64,000 nucleotides of DNA from Patescibacteria group bacterium (GCA_044868145.1 JBIOWE010000004.1:269860-333859); one strand, 5' to 3'; numbered from the stretch's first letter, positions 1 through 10,259 are shown. Notes: a model not told the origin generated them from the sequence alone. Program-made: numbers and translations.

Positions 1-438
1 GAGTCGCGCCGCCCCTGTTTTTGCTTTTTCCAGCGTCGCCAGTTTATTTGGTTTTCCCTCCGGAAAAATAGCTACGACATCGCCCGCCTTCAACCAATCC
101 ATGGCAATTCTCAAGCACTGTTCTTTGTTTTGTTCATCAAAGGGGATAACCTCTGCCCAATGCTGAGCGACAACATCGCGCCAAAATTTCCCCCACGGCG
201 CGATTTTTGATATGAAGTGAATCATCTGGCGCCTCTTTGGCATAATTGCTGCCACAAGAAAAAATGCGTCCAGAGAATTCACGTGGTTGCTCGCAAGGAT
301 GTATGGCTTTTGCCTAGGAATATTTTCAAGACCTTCAATTTTTTGAATAAATAAACGAATGAACAGGAGGAATCCGTACCGCGTCAATACGATCAATGGC
401 GAAAGTGTTTTTTTTATTACCCTGGTCGACGTTCTCAT
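1..438 (-). CDS. PlsC-like 1-acyl-sn-glycerol-3-phosphate acyltransferase paralog. The N-terminal portion lies in the window and the gene runs off the window start.
   Basis: Not in the ORF track because it runs off the edge. Minus-strand translation from the ATG at about 438 gives MRTSTRVIKK...ILASNHVNSLDAFFLVAAIM...VVAIFPEGKPNKLATLEKAKTGAARL, which carries the HX4D (NHxxxxD) and FPEG acyltransferase motifs. Its start overlaps the stop of the adjacent 435..1079 gene. Confidence 0.6.
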   Translation of the reverse strand, partial: MRTSTRVIKKTLSPLIVLTRYGFLLFIRLFIQKIEGLENIPRQKPYILASNHVNSLDAFFLVAAIMPKRRQMIHFISKIAPWGKFWRDVVAQHWAEVIPFDEQNKEQCLRIAMDWLKAGDVVAIFPEGKPNKLATLEKAKTGAARL

Positions 439-1079
439 GTTGTCCCCCTATATGATTTATTTGCAAGGATTGCAATTTCTTTCATGATCACTGTCGTTCC
501 TTTTTGCAGCAACTCATACGTCATTTCCTGGCCTTTGAACGCCGAGAGGTCCACGGGAGGGCCAAAACGTATGCGCGTTGTCGTGCCGGGCGTGAATAAT
601 CGAAACAAAGACCGCCAAAACGTTAAACCCATTTTATTGATAATGCCACACGGAATGACCGGTGCACCGCTTTGCATTGCGAGCCGCAACGCTCCAGTTT
701 TGCCTTTTAAGAGCGCTTCGCTCGGGTTCCTTTGGCCTTCGGGAAAAATGGCAACGACGCGTCCTTTCCGTAAGAAATCCACGGCCATGCGGATCGATTC
801 GTCTTTGTTTTTATGATCGAACGGAATCATGCCGAGCCATTTGAGCGCACGGTCCCTGCCCCAAATCTGCCAAAACGCTGGCGCGGTGATAAAGTACGTC
901 ATCTCTTTTCGATGTTGTTTAATGACGGCTGCAATCATCGGTCCATCGAATGATGCAGGGTGGTTGGCAGCGATGATGTACGGTGGACTTATGGGCACAT
1001 GTTCTATGCCGCGCACTTCCGCAATCTTGCGTTTCAACAAAGGAAAAAATGAGTATTGGAAAAAGCGTAAATACGCCAT
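435..1079 (-). CDS. plsC: 1-acyl-sn-glycerol-3-phosphate acyltransferase (PlsC family)
   Basis: IIAANHPASFDGPM (HX4D) and AIFPEGQRN motifs, 214 aa. Confidence 0.8.
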   Translation of the reverse strand: MAYLRFFQYSFFPLLKRKIAEVRGIEHVPISPPYIIAANHPASFDGPMIAAVIKQHRKEMTYFITAPAFWQIWGRDRALKWLGMIPFDHKNKDESIRMAVDFLRKGRVVAIFPEGQRNPSEALLKGKTGALRLAMQSGAPVIPCGIINKMGLTFWRSLFRLFTPGTTTRIRFGPPVDLSAFKGQEMTYELLQKGTTVIMKEIAILANKSYRGTT

Positions 1080-1084
1080 TCCGT

Positions 1085-3097
1085 CTAAAGGGCTAGGATA
1101 AGTCCGACAATGAGTAAAGCAACAATATTCAATATTTTGATCATCGGGTTAATCGCCGGTCCAGCCGTATCCTTGTACGGATCACCAACCGTATCGCCAG
1201 TGACCGCCGCTTTATGTGGCTCTGACCCTTTACCGCCGAAGTGACCCGCTTCAATATATTTTTTCGCATTGTCCCATGCCGCCCCGCCGGAGGTCATGGA
1301 GATCGCCACAAAGAGTCCGGTGATAATTGAGCCGACCAACAGCCCACCAAGCGCGACTGGCCCGAGCAGAACGCCGACAATCACCGGCGTAATAACAGGT
1401 ATCAACGCAGGAACAATCATTGCATGGATTGATCCTTTTGTGACGATATCAACGCAGCGTGCGTAATCCGGTTTTGCTTTGCCTTCCATGATGCCTTTGA
1501 TTTCCTTGAATTGTCTGCGTACTTCCTCCACCACCTTGCCCGCGACTTTTCCGACGGCCGTCATAGCCTGACTCGCGAACAGATACGGCAGCATCCCCCC
1601 GATAAATAATCCAACGAGCACCAGCGGATCATTGAGTGAAAAGGTAAAGTCCTTGCCTCGATCAATCAATTCCTGCGTGTAGGACGCAAAGAGAACAATG
1701 GCAGCCAATCCGGCCGAGCCGATAGCGAATCCCTTGGTTACTGCTTTCGTGGTGTTGCCAACAGCGTCCAAGGGGTCTGTCACGTTGCGCACTTCCTCCG
1801 GCAGATTAGCCATTTCCGCAATGCCGCCCGCGTTGTCGGTCACTGGTCCGTAGGCGTCAATCGCGACAATAATTCCCGTCAGTGATAACATACTCATCGC
1901 TGCAATCGCCACACCATAGAGTCCACCGAGTTCATATGCGCCGAGCACCCCAAGCGCGATCACGATGACAGGCAACGCCGTTGACCGCATGCCAACAGCA
2001 AGTCCAGCAATAACGTTTGTTCCATGTCCGGTGGTAGACGCCTGAGCTATCGTTTTAATAGGTTTCCACTTGGTGCTTGTATAATAATCCGTGATGGCGA
2101 ATATAAGGAACGTCACAATAATACCAATGGTCGCGTCCCAGAAGATATTCGATACGGTTGCGGGATACGCAATCCCACTCCAGCCTTGCGGCGAAAAAGC
2201 ATAAAAACCGATCAACGCAAGCACCGCGGACGCAGTGAGTCCTTTGTACAGTCCGCCCATGATATTTTTACTTTTTCCGAGGCGGATAAAAAACGTTCCC
2301 AGGATCGAGGCGATAATCCCAATGCCGCCGATGAGCAAGGGTAGTTCGACCGCCGTTTGCGCAAATGATTCTTTGCCAAAGGTTAGATGGCCAAGCAGCA
2401 TTGTGGCGACGGTCGTAACCGCATATGTTTCAAACAAGTCTGCGGCCATGCCCGCATCGTCGCCAACATTGTCTCCGACGTTGTCAGCGATCACTGCAGG
2501 ATTGCGTGGGTCGTCTTCCGGAATGCCCGCCTCGACTTTGCCGACGAGGTCGGCGCCGACGTCCGCAGCTTTCGTGTAGATGCCACCGCCCAAACGGGCG
2601 AAAATGGAAATGAGCGAGCCGCCAAACCCAAGGGCGATCAATGCTGTAACGCTTTTGGTAATCGCATAAAATCCTCCAACACCCAATAGGCCAAGGCCAA
2701 CCACGAGAATGCCAGTAACGATGCCGCTTCGGGTGGCCAAGAAAAACGCCGGACCGAATCCGTGACGCGCCGCCTCCGCCGTGCGAACGTTTGCGCGGAC
2801 CGAGACGTTCATGCCGATGTACCCAGCAAATGCTGACAAGAGAGCGCCAAGGGCAAAACCCGCAGCCATGGTCATTCCGAACGAAAGCCACAGGAGGATA
2901 AAAATCACGACAGCGACAATTGCGACGGTACGATATTGTCTATTTAAATAGGCGGAGGCGCCCTGTTGAATCGCGTGGGCGATTTCTTTCATTTTTTCCG
3001 TGCCTTCTGGTTTTCGAACTATCCAAAAAATGAGCGCGACGCCGTACACGATTGCGGCGACGCCCGCTAGTATGGCAAAGAGAACGATCATACTCAT
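1085..3097 (-). CDS. hppA: Membrane-bound proton-translocating pyrophosphatase (H+-PPase)
   Basis: 670 aa polytopic membrane protein with the [21 protein letters not shown] and [15 protein letters not shown]-PPase signatures. Confidence 0.9.
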   Translation of the reverse strand: MSMIVLFAILAGVAAIVYGVALIFWIVRKPEGTEKMKEIAHAIQQGASAYLNRQYRTVAIVAVVIFILLWLSFGMTMAAGFALGALLSAFAGYIGMNVSVRANVRTAEAARHGFGPAFFLATRSGIVTGILVVGLGLLGVGGFYAITKSVTALIALGFGGSLISIFARLGGGIYTKAADVGADLVGKVEAGIPEDDPRNPAVIADNVGDNVGDDAGMAADLFETYAVTTVATMLLGHLTFGKESFAQTAVELPLLIGGIGIIASILGTFFIRLGKSKNIMGGLYKGLTASAVLALIGFYAFSPQGWSGIAYPATVSNIFWDATIGIIVTFLIFAITDYYTSTKWKPIKTIAQASTTGHGTNVIAGLAVGMRSTALPVIVIALGVLGAYELGGLYGVAIAAMSMLSLTGIIVAIDAYGPVTDNAGGIAEMANLPEEVRNVTDPLDAVGNTTKAVTKGFAIGSAGLAAIVLFASYTQELIDRGKDFTFSLNDPLVLVGLFIGGMLPYLFASQAMTAVGKVAGKVVEEVRRQFKEIKGIMEGKAKPDYARCVDIVTKGSIHAMIVPALIPVITPVIVGVLLGPVALGGLLVGSIITGLFVAISMTSGGAAWDNAKKYIEAGHFGGKGSEPHKAAVTGDTVGDPYKDTAGPAINPMIKILNIVALLIVGLILAL

Positions 3098-3101
3098 AGT
3101 T

Positions 3102-4355
3102 CTATTCTTTCTTTTTTAATTCTACTTTTTGTTGTTCCTCGTCTGGTTTCACCTTTTGTTCCATGGGCGCCTCCTCTTTGTTGGCGGATTCTTGGTGCTT
3201 CGTTTCCGCCTCTTCTTTTTTCTTGCCTTCACCCACCAAATCGATTTTCCAGCCAGTTAGCTTTGTGGCCAAACGGACGTTTTGTCCGCCTTTTCCGATG
3301 GCGAGGGAGAGTTGATCCTCACGCACTTCGGCGAGCGCGATCTTTTCCTGTTCATTCAGCTGCACTTTAAGTACTTTCGCGGGCGAAAGCGCACTGATAA
3401 TAAACTGGATAGGATCCTCTTCCCATTTGATGATGTCGATTTTCTCACCGCCGAGTTCCGAGATAATCGTTTGCACGCGCGAGCCGCGTTGGCCAACGCA
3501 CGAACCAACCGGATCGATTCCTTTCTGATTCGTCGACACGGCAATTTTCGACCGCGACCCAGCCTCGCGCGCCACCGACTTAATTTCCACAGTACCTGCC
3601 GCAATTTCCGGTACTTCCATGCTGAAGATTTTTTGCACCATTTCCGGATGGGATCGAGAGACAATTACCTCTGGTCCTTTCGGCGTTTCGTTGACGGATA
3701 CTAAAAAGACTTTCAAGCGTTGGCCCGGAGCGTAGCGTTCGTGATGAATTTGTTCCGATGGAGGAAGGAGCGCAGTGGCATGACCAAGGTCCACAAAAAC
3801 CATACGGCCTTCCACTCGCTGCACTGTCCCATTGAGAATTTCTTTTTCTCTACCTTTGTACTCTTTGAAAATTGTATTGCGTTCGGCTTCGCGGATACGC
3901 TGGATGATTACCTGTTTTGCGGTTTGCGCTGCCATGCGCCCGTACGCGGTTGGCGGAAATAATTCTGTGCGTATTTCCTCGCCAACCTTCATACCCTTTT
4001 TTATTTTTTTCGCCTCGGAAAGCGTGATCTCTGTTTTTGGATTAAACCATTCTTCTTTCTGTTCTTCCGTGAGTTCGACTTCTTCGCCCTCGTCTTTCTT
4101 CTTCTGTAGCTCTGCCTTAAGCGCTTCCGTTTTTTCGGCTTTTTCGTCCGGCACAACCGTTTTGACGTCAAACACAAGCGCCTTCGCCGTTTTTGGGTCA
4201 AAGGTCACTTTGATGTTCTGATTCTTTTCACCGAAATCCTTTCGGTACGCAACGGCGAGTGCCGCCTCGATTGTTTCAACAATCGATTCGTAGGAGATAT
4301 TTTTTTCCTCGCAAATCTGTTGAATTGCCTGCATGAGCTCACTCTCTTTTGCCAT
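3102..4355 (-). CDS. nusA: Transcription termination/antitermination factor NusA
   Basis: N-terminal [40 protein letters not shown]1/KH region, and a Lys/Glu-rich C-terminal tail. Confidence 0.9.
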   Translation of the reverse strand: MAKESELMQAIQQICEEKNISYESIVETIEAALAVAYRKDFGEKNQNIKVTFDPKTAKALVFDVKTVVPDEKAEKTEALKAELQKKKDEGEEVELTEEQKEEWFNPKTEITLSEAKKIKKGMKVGEEIRTELFPPTAYGRMAAQTAKQVIIQRIREAERNTIFKEYKGREKEILNGTVQRVEGRMVFVDLGHATALLPPSEQIHHERYAPGQRLKVFLVSVNETPKGPEVIVSRSHPEMVQKIFSMEVPEIAAGTVEIKSVAREAGSRSKIAVSTNQKGIDPVGSCVGQRGSRVQTIISELGGEKIDIIKWEEDPIQFIISALSPAKVLKVQLNEQEKIALAEVREDQLSLAIGKGGQNVRLATKLTGWKIDLVGEGKKKEEAETKHQESANKEEAPMEQKVKPDEEQQKVELKKKE

Positions 4356-4435
4356 AGGTTCCTTTCGTTAAAATAAGAGACTGTTTCTTTTCTCTAAAAG
4401 AACCAGTCCTCATACTTTTGTAGTATACATGATCC

Positions 4436-4813
4436 CTAGAAAGCAAACAAGGACGTCTCCGGAAGGCGGACGTTTTTGATATGACGGATAGTCGCCTTGC
4501 CGTTTTCCCGGTACTGAATCAAAAAGCAGTCGAAGCGAACCGCCCCATTCCACTTGGGGTTTTCCATCAGGAAACGCTCGGCGGTTTGAGCCATTTTTTT
4601 TAGTTTGCGTTCGTCGATTGCGTCTTCCGGGGGGCCGAATCGCCTCGATCGCCTGGTTTTTACTTCAACAAAAACAAGGTCGCTGCCGTCGCGAACGACC
4701 AAATCAATTTCGCCTTCCCGCTTACGATAGTTTTCCGCCAGAATCGTGTGGCCTTTCTTGCGGAAGTAGCGTTTTGCTATTGATTCGCCTTCCCGACCCT
4801 TTTTGGTGCTCAT
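4436..4813 (-). CDS. yraN: YraN/UPF0102 family endonuclease-like protein
   Basis: GEIDLVVRDGSDLVFVEVKTRR core typical of UPF0102, 125 aa. Linked to rnhB as in many bacteria. Confidence 0.75.
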   Translation of the reverse strand: MSTKKGREGESIAKRYFRKKGHTILAENYRKREGEIDLVVRDGSDLVFVEVKTRRSRRFGPPEDAIDERKLKKMAQTAERFLMENPKWNGAVRFDCFLIQYRENGKATIRHIKNVRLPETSLFAF

Positions 4814-4852
4814 AGAGGTTATGCATGGTGGGAAGGCGTTTTTTACTTTCTT

Positions 4853-5410
4853 TTAAACTTTTTCGAACAGCAGGCCGTAATGGTATGGTCCGGCTTTGAA
4901 TTCTTTGATTCCCTTAAACCCAGCAGTCTGCGCGAGTGCCCGAACGCTTTCGGATGAGAGAATTGCTGAATCTTGTGGTCCGAACGAGACGTTCCCTGGC
5001 AGCCAGTCAACAACAAGGGCAGTGCCGCCGCTCTTCAGCATGCGCGCCGTTTCTCGAAATATTTCTTTTTGGTGGCGCGACTGAAACAACAGTTGCACAA
5101 GAAATGCCATGTCCAGCGATCCGTCGTTGATTATTTTTGTGCCACGGTACACTTCCACGTTTGACCAAACAGGCACGATATTGGAAAGATTTTCCAACTT
5201 CACTTTGCTCATAAGCGCGGACAGTGCAGGCTTCAGAACGTCAATCGCATACACGACGCCCGCATCGCTAACCATGCGTGCAGCTTGCAATACAAAATAA
5301 CCGGCACCACCGCAACCGAGGTCTGCCACGCGCATGCCCGACCGAACGTCGGCGGTTTGTAGAATTTCCCCGGCGTTTAAGAATGTTGTGCCAGAAGCAA
5401 TCTTTTTCAT
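4853..5410 (-). CDS. Class I SAM-dependent methyltransferase
   Basis: Motif I VADLGCGGAGYF and Rossmann-like layout. Substrate unknown. Confidence 0.7.
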   Translation of the reverse strand: MKKIASGTTFLNAGEILQTADVRSGMRVADLGCGGAGYFVLQAARMVSDAGVVYAIDVLKPALSALMSKVKLENLSNIVPVWSNVEVYRGTKIINDGSLDMAFLVQLLFQSRHQKEIFRETARMLKSGGTALVVDWLPGNVSFGPQDSAILSSESVRALAQTAGFKGIKEFKAGPYHYGLLFEKV

Positions 5411-5425
5411 ACCATTTCTATTATA

Positions 5426-6061
5426 TCACATCCGTTTATGTTTGACCTGCAGGCGCTTGCGTATTGGCGCGAATGATTTTCGGTGAATGGGCGATACACC
5501 ATTTGCCCGCAGCAGTTTGAGATGACGTTTTGTACCATACCCTTTGTGCCGGTGGAATTCGTATGCGGGATAGGCGCCATGGTACTTAACCATCAGGCGA
5601 TCGCGGGTCACTTTTGCGACGATGGACGCGGCCGCAATAACATACACCCGGCTGTCGCCCCGAATAATTGCTTGCGATGGGGTATTTGTCGTTAGGATAT
5701 GCAAGCCGTCCGACAATACGACTTTCGGACGCGTACGCAACCGTTCGATTGCCATAGCCATCACGCGTCGGTTCGCTTCTTGGATGCCGATCGAGTCAAT
5801 TGCCGTATGGTCAAGCAACGCGACCGCCCAGGTAACCGCGTTTTTTGTAATACGTTCGTAAAGTTGTTCACGCTTCTTTGGCGTGAGTCGCTTTGAGTCG
5901 GTAATGCCCCGAATCGTTTTGTTCGCAGGCAATATAACGGCGGCTGCGGCAATAGGCCCGGCCCAGGCGCCTCGGCCAGCTTCATCCACGCCGGCCACAA
6001 GCGTGAATCCTTGTTTCCAGAGTTTCTGTTCGTGCGTTCTCGGCGCCGTATTTTTTTTCAT
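5426..6061 (-). CDS. rnhB: Ribonuclease HII
   Basis: GVDEAGRGAWAGPIAAAAV N-terminal catalytic motif, 211 aa. Confidence 0.85.
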   Translation of the reverse strand: MKKNTAPRTHEQKLWKQGFTLVAGVDEAGRGAWAGPIAAAAVILPANKTIRGITDSKRLTPKKREQLYERITKNAVTWAVALLDHTAIDSIGIQEANRRVMAMAIERLRTRPKVVLSDGLHILTTNTPSQAIIRGDSRVYVIAAASIVAKVTRDRLMVKYHGAYPAYEFHRHKGYGTKRHLKLLRANGVSPIHRKSFAPIRKRLQVKHKRM

Positions 6062-6461
6062 ATAAAAAAAGCCACTGTTTTTAGCCGTATAACATTGTTA
6101 TTATGTGGCCAACAGTGGCTTGGCGTCTCACGTCCAAGCCATATCCACCTATCTCGACGTCCAACAGTTTTTTGCTTGGCGCCAGGAAAGGCAGATATGA
6201 CTATTAACAACATGAGACGATGTCGTACTTTGACGCTGACGGGACAAAGCACATAACTTCTTTTCCGCAGTGGCGGTTTTATCTCTTGCAACAGAGACAT
6301 GAGCGGGACAAAACCTTTTTATTTTATTTTCTTTTTTGGGTGTCAGCAACCCGATTCCACGAGCAGAAGAGAAGAAGTTCTACCAAAAACATTAGAGTTT
6401 TTCGGAAAACTTCTTCCCTACGACTGCCCACTCAAGGTTCTCAAAGAAATTAGTCAATAAT

Positions 6462-6490
6462 AGTATAGCACGGACAAAATGGGCTGTCAA
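6462..6490 (-). promoter_or_regulatory. Sigma70-like promoter, TTGACA-N17-TATACT
   Basis: On the minus strand: cTTGACAgcccattttgtccgtgcTATACT. In plus coordinates, tgtcaa is at 6485-6490 and agtata at 6462-6467. It fires toward the ORF-less region upstream of rnhB. Confidence 0.55.
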
Positions 6491-6520
6491 GAAGATTTTT
6501 ATCCCCAGGAAGGTCCTTGG

Positions 6521-7096
6521 CTAGGATTTGGTTTTGGTTTTTTCCAGGCGCAGTTTAGCAAAACGGTAGACTTGTTCAATTTCTTGCTTCGTTGTGAGGC
6601 GAGTCGTGTCTAGATAGAGATCGTAATGCTTTTTTAAAAAAATGTTCAAACGATAATACTTTTTATAGCGAACCGTATCGCTTTTGATTCGTTCGTGCAG
6701 ACTCCTGACTGTATCGCGATAACTTTTGAGATTCGCGCCTTCATTGCGCGCCTGCGATTTTTGGAGGTCGTGCCATATCCGACGCGCGCCCACTTCAATA
6801 CTCACATCAAGAAAGATTTTGATTGAATGTGGGAAAAACGCAAACGCTGTTCTACTCGAAAGGACCGCATTGTTGTATTTTTTTGCTTCACGCTTCAGCC
6901 ATGCGTCTACCTGATGGTCCGTAAAAGCTTTTGATTCGCCTAATTTGTTCAGTTCTTGCAGCGACATCCCTCGTTTTCTCGCAAAACGCCGGCGATATGC
7001 GCCGGCGTCGATCAAATGGAAGCCAAGTTTGCGTGCAAGTGCTTTTGCAACCGTACTTTTGCCTGATCCTGGCTTACCGTTGATGGTTATAATCAT
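6521..7096 (-). CDS. cmk: Cytidylate kinase
   Basis: MIITINGKPGSGKSTVAKALARKLGFHLIDAGAYRR P-loop. The track ORF extends to 7219 using a TTG start and overlaps pnp by about 146 nt. The ATG giving MIITING at about 7096 sits just past the pnp stop at 7074 and is preferred. Confidence 0.8.
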   Translation of the reverse strand: MIITINGKPGSGKSTVAKALARKLGFHLIDAGAYRRRFARKRGMSLQELNKLGESKAFTDHQVDAWLKREAKKYNNAVLSSRTAFAFFPHSIKIFLDVSIEVGARRIWHDLQKSQARNEGANLKSYRDTVRSLHERIKSDTVRYKKYYRLNIFLKKHYDLYLDTTRLTTKQEIEQVYRFAKLRLEKTKTKS

Positions 7097-9326
7097 TGTT
7101 TCGTCGGGGAAACTGACGTCGTGGGTAGCGCGGTCGGCGCTCTCGTTCCTCATACTGCGTGCCTGCCGGATCTTTGACTGCTTTATGCGAGAGTTCAACG
7201 CGACCCTTCTCTTTGTCAATGCCCATGACCTTCACTTCCAGCTTGTCGCCGACTTTTACCACGCTGGAAACATTTTCGATTCGATCGTTAGAGAATTGCG
7301 AGATATGCACCATTCCGTCTCTGCCCGGCGTGAGTTCGACGATAGCGCCAATTTCGGTGCCGCTATTTCTGTCTGTCACAATTTTTATCACTGTCCCATT
7401 AAATATTTCACCAACTTGCAGTTCGCGTGTCAGATTCTTAATCGTGGCCATGGCGCGTTCTGCCATATCCGCTTGGTGCGACGTGATCATGATCAATCCG
7501 TCATCCTCAATATCAATTTTGATAACATCGGCGCCCCCGCACTCCTCAATAATCTTATTGATTGTTTCGCCCCCACGTCCGATTACTTCGCGAATTTTTT
7601 CCGGATCTATCTTCATCGTGTAGATCCGCGGCGCGTAAGGGGAAAGTTCTGACCGCGGCGCGGGGAGCACGCTGGTCATCTTCTTAAGAATTTCCGCACG
7701 CGCGTCTTTGCTGCGGCTGAGTGCATCGCCCACCACGTCCATGGTAATACCGGCAAGTTTTATGTCCATTTGAATAGCCGTGATGCCTTTGCTCGTGCCG
7801 GCGACTTTAAAATCCATGTCGCCGCCGAAGTCTTCCACCCCCTGGATATCCGTCAAGAGACGATACTCGGACGGATTTTTTTTATTTGTCATCAGCCCAA
7901 TCGCAATACCGGCAACCGGGTTTTTAATTGGTACGCCGGCGTCCATGAGCGCAAGCGAGGAAGCGGAAACAGAAGCTTGCGACGTTGAGCCATTAGACGA
8001 TAAAACTTCGGAAACAACTCGAATGGTGTAGGGGAATGCCTCTTTTTCAGGCAAAATGGGGATAAGCGCCCGTTCTGCAAGGGCGCCATGGCCTATTTCT
8101 CGACGTCCGGGAGACCTGATTGGAGCCACTTCGCCTGTGGAAAACCCTGGAAAGTTGTAATGATGCATAAAGCGCCTGCGCCCTGTTTCCTCCATGGTGT
8201 CGAGGAACAGCTCGTCCCCCGGCGATCCGAGCGTCACTACGGAAAGCACTTGCGTATCCCCGCGAGAGAAAAGCGCTGATCCGTGCGTCCGTTTCAGGAT
8301 GCTCACTTCGGATGTAATCGGTCGTATTTCCGTGAGTGAGCGCCCGTCAACCCGTTGGCCGGTTTCAAGCACAAAGGCGCGTGCCGCGTCCTCGTACAGC
8401 GTATCGAGCATTCCCAGCCCTTTCATGCGTTGCTCCTTTGTGACGTCGTTATCTTTTTTCAGCATCTCTTCTAATTCATCCTTCAGTTTGAGCATCGCTG
8501 TTTTCAGCTGTTCCTTGTCCATTTTTTTCTCAATCATCGAGCGAACGCGATCTTGCGTGAAGGCGAGAATTTTTTTCTCAGTGGCATCCCAGGCCGCTTG
8601 CTCGTCCCCAGATGGTTCTGCAAATTCAACGAAGGCTTTCTTGGCGCCAATTTCCTTTTGTATTTGATCAATTGTTTTGAGAATTGTTTTCGCGTGCTTA
8701 TGCCCGAACTCGATTGCCTGGAGCACAACGTCTTCAGACACTTCTTTTGTGCCGGCCTCGATCATCATAATTTTATCCTGTACATAGGCGACAACGACAT
8801 CAATGTCGCTTTTTTCTCGAGCCGCATATGTTGGATTCAATACCCACTCGCCATCGACTCTGCCGATGCGAACGGCGACGATGGGTCCGTTCCACGGAAT
8901 ATTCGACGTCGCGAGCGCGCAGGACGCGGCTACCATTGAAACGACGTCTGGGTCGTTTTCTTGGTCCACAGCGAGCACGGTTAAGACAACCTGCACGTCG
9001 TGTCGCATGCGGTCGTCAAATAAGGGTCGGATGGATCGGTCAACGACTCGTGCGGTGAGAATTGCGTCGTCTGTGGGCCTGCCTTCCCGTTTGATAAATC
9101 GCGATCCTTTTATTTTGCCGGCCGCATAGAGCCGTTCCTCGTAGTCAACCAAAAGCGGGAAGAAATCAATGCCTTCCCTTTTTTCTTTACTCATTACTGC
9201 CGTAGCGAGTACTACCGTATCGCCGTAACGAATGGTGCACGCGCCGTCTGCCTGACCAGCGAGCTTGCCGAACTCAAACGACATTGTTTTTCCGGCAACC
9301 TCCGTTTCGAAGGTGCGGACTGCCAT
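7074..9326 (-). CDS. pnp: Polynucleotide phosphorylase
   Basis: 750 aa with two RNase PH domains plus KH and S1. FHHYNFPGFSTGE and GGETINKIIEECG motifs. Confidence 0.95.
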   Translation of the reverse strand: MAVRTFETEVAGKTMSFEFGKLAGQADGACTIRYGDTVVLATAVMSKEKREGIDFFPLLVDYEERLYAAGKIKGSRFIKREGRPTDDAILTARVVDRSIRPLFDDRMRHDVQVVLTVLAVDQENDPDVVSMVAASCALATSNIPWNGPIVAVRIGRVDGEWVLNPTYAAREKSDIDVVVAYVQDKIMMIEAGTKEVSEDVVLQAIEFGHKHAKTILKTIDQIQKEIGAKKAFVEFAEPSGDEQAAWDATEKKILAFTQDRVRSMIEKKMDKEQLKTAMLKLKDELEEMLKKDNDVTKEQRMKGLGMLDTLYEDAARAFVLETGQRVDGRSLTEIRPITSEVSILKRTHGSALFSRGDTQVLSVVTLGSPGDELFLDTMEETGRRRFMHHYNFPGFSTGEVAPIRSPGRREIGHGALAERALIPILPEKEAFPYTIRVVSEVLSSNGSTSQASVSASSLALMDAGVPIKNPVAGIAIGLMTNKKNPSEYRLLTDIQGVEDFGGDMDFKVAGTSKGITAIQMDIKLAGITMDVVGDALSRSKDARAEILKKMTSVLPAPRSELSPYAPRIYTMKIDPEKIREVIGRGGETINKIIEECGGADVIKIDIEDDGLIMITSHQADMAERAMATIKNLTRELQVGEIFNGTVIKIVTDRNSGTEIGAIVELTPGRDGMVHISQFSNDRIENVSSVVKVGDKLEVKVMGIDKEKGRVELSHKAVKDPAGTQYEERERRPRYPRRQFPRRNNDYNHQR

Positions 9327-9446
9327 AGACTGTTCCTTTCATGTGCTGATCAGCAGACTTGAGACTACAACCGAGCAATCCGTCGATTTGATAGTCTATT
9401 TGTCTGCCGGCCAGCCTTAATAATTACGAATGAAAGCTTTAAGGAT

Positions 9447-9983
9447 TTAAGATTGTCCAGGTACGCGAATCGGGAGAATGCGGCGCGGGAGCAACAGATA
9501 TTTTTTGCGGTCTTCGCTCAGATCGATAAAATCATCGGCCGCCTCTTTCAGTTTTGTGGATGCGGATTCGCCGAACGCAATAACCTCAGCCACCTGCCCT
9601 CTGTTTTTTATATAATCGATGAGGGGTAAGAAGTCACCATCGCCTGTTACCAAAATCGTAACATCCAGTTTATCCGAAAGTCGTACCACGTCAACCGTAA
9701 TGCCCACGTCCCAGTCGCCTTTTTTTAAGCCGGAGGTGAATATTTGTAGGTCTTTCATCTTCAATTCAAATCCTTGGTTTTCCAAGGCCTCGAAAAACTT
9801 CTGTTCCTCGGGGTTTTGCGCTTTGATGAGGTAGGCAACCGCGCGGACAAGCTTTCTGTCTGCAATGGCGGTTTCGAGGATTTTACCAAAGTTCACCTTC
9901 GCGTTGTATAAGTTCTTGGCGGAATAGTACATGTTTTGAACATCCACAAAAACCCCGACGCGTTGATCTTTATGCTTTTTCAT
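9447..9983 (-). CDS. NYN/LabA-like (PIN-like) domain protein, a putative RNase
   Basis: VGVFVDVQNMYYSAKN...VRAVAYL...LVTGDGDFLPLIDYIKNRG pattern typical of NYN/DUF88. Located between rpsO and pnp. Confidence 0.6.
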   Translation of the reverse strand: MKKHKDQRVGVFVDVQNMYYSAKNLYNAKVNFGKILETAIADRKLVRAVAYLIKAQNPEEQKFFEALENQGFELKMKDLQIFTSGLKKGDWDVGITVDVVRLSDKLDVTILVTGDGDFLPLIDYIKNRGQVAEVIAFGESASTKLKEAADDFIDLSEDRKKYLLLPRRILPIRVPGQS

Positions 9984-9992
9984 AGATTTCCG

Positions 9993-10259
9993 TTACGCTT
10001 TGATCTTCAGTTTCTTTGTCAGGTCCTCGAAACCTCTTTGGTTTTCCTTGGCCAGGAACTGCAATAAATGCCGACGCTGCCCAATCTTTCTTAAAAGGCC
10101 CCGGCGAGAAGAAAAGTCTTTGACATGAGTCTTGAGATGATCGCTCAATTGATTAATTTCTTCGGTCAAAATGGCGATTTGTACTTCGGCTGAGCCTGTG
10201 TCAGAATCGTGCGTTTTGAATTTCTTGATTATTTTATCCTTTTGCTGTTTATCGAGCAT
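9993..10259 (-). CDS. rpsO: 30S ribosomal protein S15
   Basis: 88 aa, GSAEVQIAILTEEINQLSDHLKTHVKDFSSRRGLLRKIGQRR. Confidence 0.9.
   Translation of the reverse strand: MLDKQQKDKIIKKFKTHDSDTGSAEVQIAILTEEINQLSDHLKTHVKDFSSRRGLLRKIGQRRHLLQFLAKENQRGFEDLTKKLKIKA

Noticed and set aside
2024-2891. Multiple 100-135-aa ORFs on both strands inside hppA (for example 2484..2891-, 2235..2579+)
   Set aside because: These are shadow ORFs of a GC-rich membrane-protein gene. The hppA frame has clear family motifs.
6945-7652. 235-aa plus-strand ORF antisense to pnp/cmk, and other antisense ORFs in pnp (7159..7623, 8194..8667)
   Set aside because: They are antisense shadows of pnp, with low-complexity Ser/Arg-rich translations and no RBS.
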